From contig NW_027590123.1 in the NCBI RefSeq assembly GCF_964213995.1, positions 2,418,001 to 2,482,000 of the forward strand: a DNA stretch of 64,000 bases. Reading direction: 5' to 3'. Shown here piece by piece: positions 61,263-64,000 of this stretch (within the stretch, counting starts at the first letter, position 1; the number at the start of each line of letters is the position of its first letter). Under the pieces are notes generated by a model, which made no database searches, was not told the DNA's origin, and was given only the letters and a program-made list of their open reading frames with translations. Source of the DNA: Mustelus asterias. Lineage: Eukaryota. Made by a program: the position numbers and the translations under genes.

Positions 61263-62317
61263 GTATCTACAAGTTTCACTTCAGGAACTCACCAAGACTC
61301 ATTAGGCAGCACCTTCCAACCACAGGACTGTTACCATTTGGAAGGACAGGGGTAAAAGTTACCTGGGAATATCACCTGTAAATTCCACTCCAAATCAGTC
61401 ATACAACTGACTTGGAAAAATATCGCCCTTCCTTCACTGTCGCTCGATTGAAATCCTGGAACACCCTCTGTAACAGCACTGTGTGAGTACATACGCCACA
61501 GGCTTCGCATCAATTCACGAGGGTAGCTCACCACCAGCTTACTAAGGGCAATTAGAGATAGGCAGCAAATGTTGACCGAGCCAGCAACGATCACATCACT
61601 TAAATTAAAACGTAAATATATTAATGTCTATGAATGGTTGATAACTGGTGAACAAAATTATGCAACTTCGTGAATGGATGGCAATTGGTGAAAATAAATA
61701 CCAATTCTGTGAGCATTTATGATCTTCTCTTTCTTAATGGAAGATAGGATGCGCTCCACAGGAGATGCATGATTCAAAAGCACAACACGACCGGGGAAAA
61801 AAGCCGCCGGAGGACACTGCAACAACTACAGATATATATACATCATTGCCAGTGACACATCTGAAAACATTCATCTGTTTGAAGATCCGGATTATCCTGA
61901 AGCACAATGTTGTGTTTTTAATGGAAGATTGACTCTGGAAAATATCTGCTTTATATGCCCTATGTACTTATCTTTACCTTCGTCAATCTCATCAAGACAT
62001 TCAACACCGGTAGCAGAGCAGGGACTACCATACTTGGGAAAAAGTCGCACTCCATCAAAACTCCTCGGTCTCATTCATGACACAGAAAACGACAACATAA
62101 AACCACAATTGTAGCTTCATGGGCAGCATTTGTAACAGAGCCAACCTCTCAAAAATTGTCCTTCTCAGTCATCAACAAAGGTGACATTTGGAAAAGAAAC
62201 CATTCTGAAATTGATGTGTTTACTCTGCGTCTATTTTTTTATTTTAAATGGAAGGACGCCGGTTATCATTGTGAAATTGATTTGTAAACAATATGACGTT
62301 TTTCAGAAAACGCACAC

Positions 62318-62348
<31 letters not shown>

Positions 62349-62394
62349 TTTTCCTTCAACTTAAGACTCCATCTTTGCTTCCTGGGGGGCTTAA

Positions 62395-62846
62395 GAGACA
62401 ATTACCCCAGCTATCTTTCAGATGGAATGAAGAACAATTACATTTTCCCCAGCACCATGTTTGCTGAGCTGAACATTAAAGGCCCCATTGTCTCCAACAG
62501 CGCTCTGGTCAGCATTCCTCCTTCTAACCAAAATGAACAAATATACATTACCATGGATTGAGGCATTATGCTCTGATGCTGACCTGGCATCATAGGAACA
62601 GAGGAGCAGAATTTCCCCTCCAAGTCACTCACCATCCTGACTTGGAAATATGTCGCCGTTCCTTCACAATCGCTGAGTCAAAATCCTTAAATTTCCTCCC
62701 TAACGGCATTGTGGGTCTGCCCACAGAACATGTGCTGCAGCGATTCAAGAAGGCAACTCACCATAACCTTCTCAAGGGCAACTAGGTATGGGGAATAAAT
62801 GTTGACCAGCCAGCGAAGCCCATGTCCCAAGCATGAATAAAAAAAG
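62395..62846 (+). mobile_element. L2/CR1-clade LINE 3' end
   Basis: ccatcctgacttggaaatat…ttcaagaaggc…aagggcaactagg…aataaatg; related pieces at 44380-44610, 45840-46640 and 60640-61610. Confidence 0.55.
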
Positions 62847-62849
62847 CAG

Positions 62850-63600
62850 ACGCAGGCCATTCAGCTTCTCGAACTCGCCCCCCCCCCCCCCCATTCATAA
62901 GATCATCGCTGATCTGTGGCCAAACCCTATGTACCTGCCCTTGGCCCATATCCCTTGATACCCCTGTTCAATAAAAAAATCGATCTCATACATAAATCTA
63001 ACAATTGAACCAGCACCCACTGGCCTTTGCGGAAGAGAGTTCCAAAAGTCCACCACTCTCTGTGTGTAGAAATACTTTCCATCAACTCTCCTGAACGGCT
63101 TGGCCCTGTTTTTTTTTAAAATTATGGCCCTTTATTCTAGAGTCTGCAACTGTTGGAAAAAATTATTGATCCGCCCGATCCTACCCGTAAAAATGTTGTA
63201 GATTTCTGTAGGAGCACCCCTCAACCTTCTGAATTCGAGAGAAAAATTCCCAATTTGTCTAATTTCTCCTCGCAACTTAACCCCTGAAGGCCAGGTCTAA
63301 TTCTTGTGAACCTGCGTTCAACTCCCTCCAGGACCAAAATCTTTGCAAAGGTGTGGTGCCCAAACCTGTGCACAGTACTCCAGGTGGGCTCTAACCAGGA
63401 TTTTGCATAATTGCAGCATAACATCTGCATCCCTATACTCCAGTCCTTTAGATACAAAGGCCAGAATTCCGTTGACCTGCTTGACTATTTTCTGCATCAG
63501 TTCGTGGCATTTTAAGAAGCTATTCACTTGAACACCCAAATCTCGCTGGGCATCCACTAAATTTTACTTTGTGCCTTCTAAAAACTACCTTGATCTATTA
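62850..63600 (-). mobile_element. Degenerate CR1 3' fragment
   Basis: QRDLGVQV…LVRAHLEYCAQVWAP. Confidence 0.8.
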
Positions 63601-64000
63601 TTTGGATTATTTGACTTTTTGTGTCATTATCTAAGCCGTTATGAATATTGTAAATAATTGAGACCTCAAGACAGACTCCTGCGGGACACAACTTAACCTG
63701 TATTATTCAGCAACGTACATCTAATCTATAATTCGTTGCACCTTAAATTTGGGGAGTTTCCGCAGAAGGGGATATGGTATTACATTTATGAATGTGAATT
63801 ATTTGTATATTACTATCATAAATCATACCTGACAGCGATATATTTACACTAACTGTAATTGCAGAATTTTGCCAGCAGATGGAATTGGCATCTTGATGGT
63901 TTACATTACATGAAGAAGGCACTGCCTCAATAAATACTACACTGGACCCTAACTTTGCAGTTCTGCCACATACAGTCCTGGATGGTGATGGACATTTAAA

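Larger units (their letters stand above)
54120..62350. repeat. Diverged segmental duplicate of the functional VH 5' flank (about 40550-45650), expanded by later insertions
   Basis: Collinear matches: 40550/54120, 41420/55265, 42160/55983, 43300/59685, 43575/60330, 45470/62140. Confidence 0.9.

Overview
Repeat-rich vertebrate genomic DNA, almost certainly from a shark: it has a cluster-type Ig locus and HE1-like SINEs with CR1/HER1-like LINEs. Bases 1-22 kb hold an array of five C2H2 zinc-finger genes or pseudogenes with no visible KRAB domain. Four of them form two head-to-head pairs around CpG-rich, NRF1/YY1-motif promoters. Bases 23.3-40.9 kb (minus strand) hold a complete IgM heavy-chain minilocus: leader, VH with 23-RSS, a single D with 12/12 RSS, JH with 23-RSS, an 8.5 kb J-C intron, Cmu1-Cmu4 with secretory tail, TM1 and TM2. 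All its exons are open with canonical splice sites. Its unusual points are one D segment only, a +1 insertion in JH (TTLTTWGQG instead of YFDYWGQG), and a G-rich, AID-hotspot-dense, switch-like repeat about 1 kb upstream of Cmu1. Bases 53-62.4 kb are an old duplicate of the VH and its upstream flank. The duplicate carries a VH pseudogene that has lost its leader and promoter and is split by a Penelope-type insertion with a 9-bp TSD. A short block with NFI, MEF2, Ets and E-box motifs is strongly conserved between the two copies and is a candidate enhancer. Everything here was read by eye; repeat family names and repeat boundaries are approximate.
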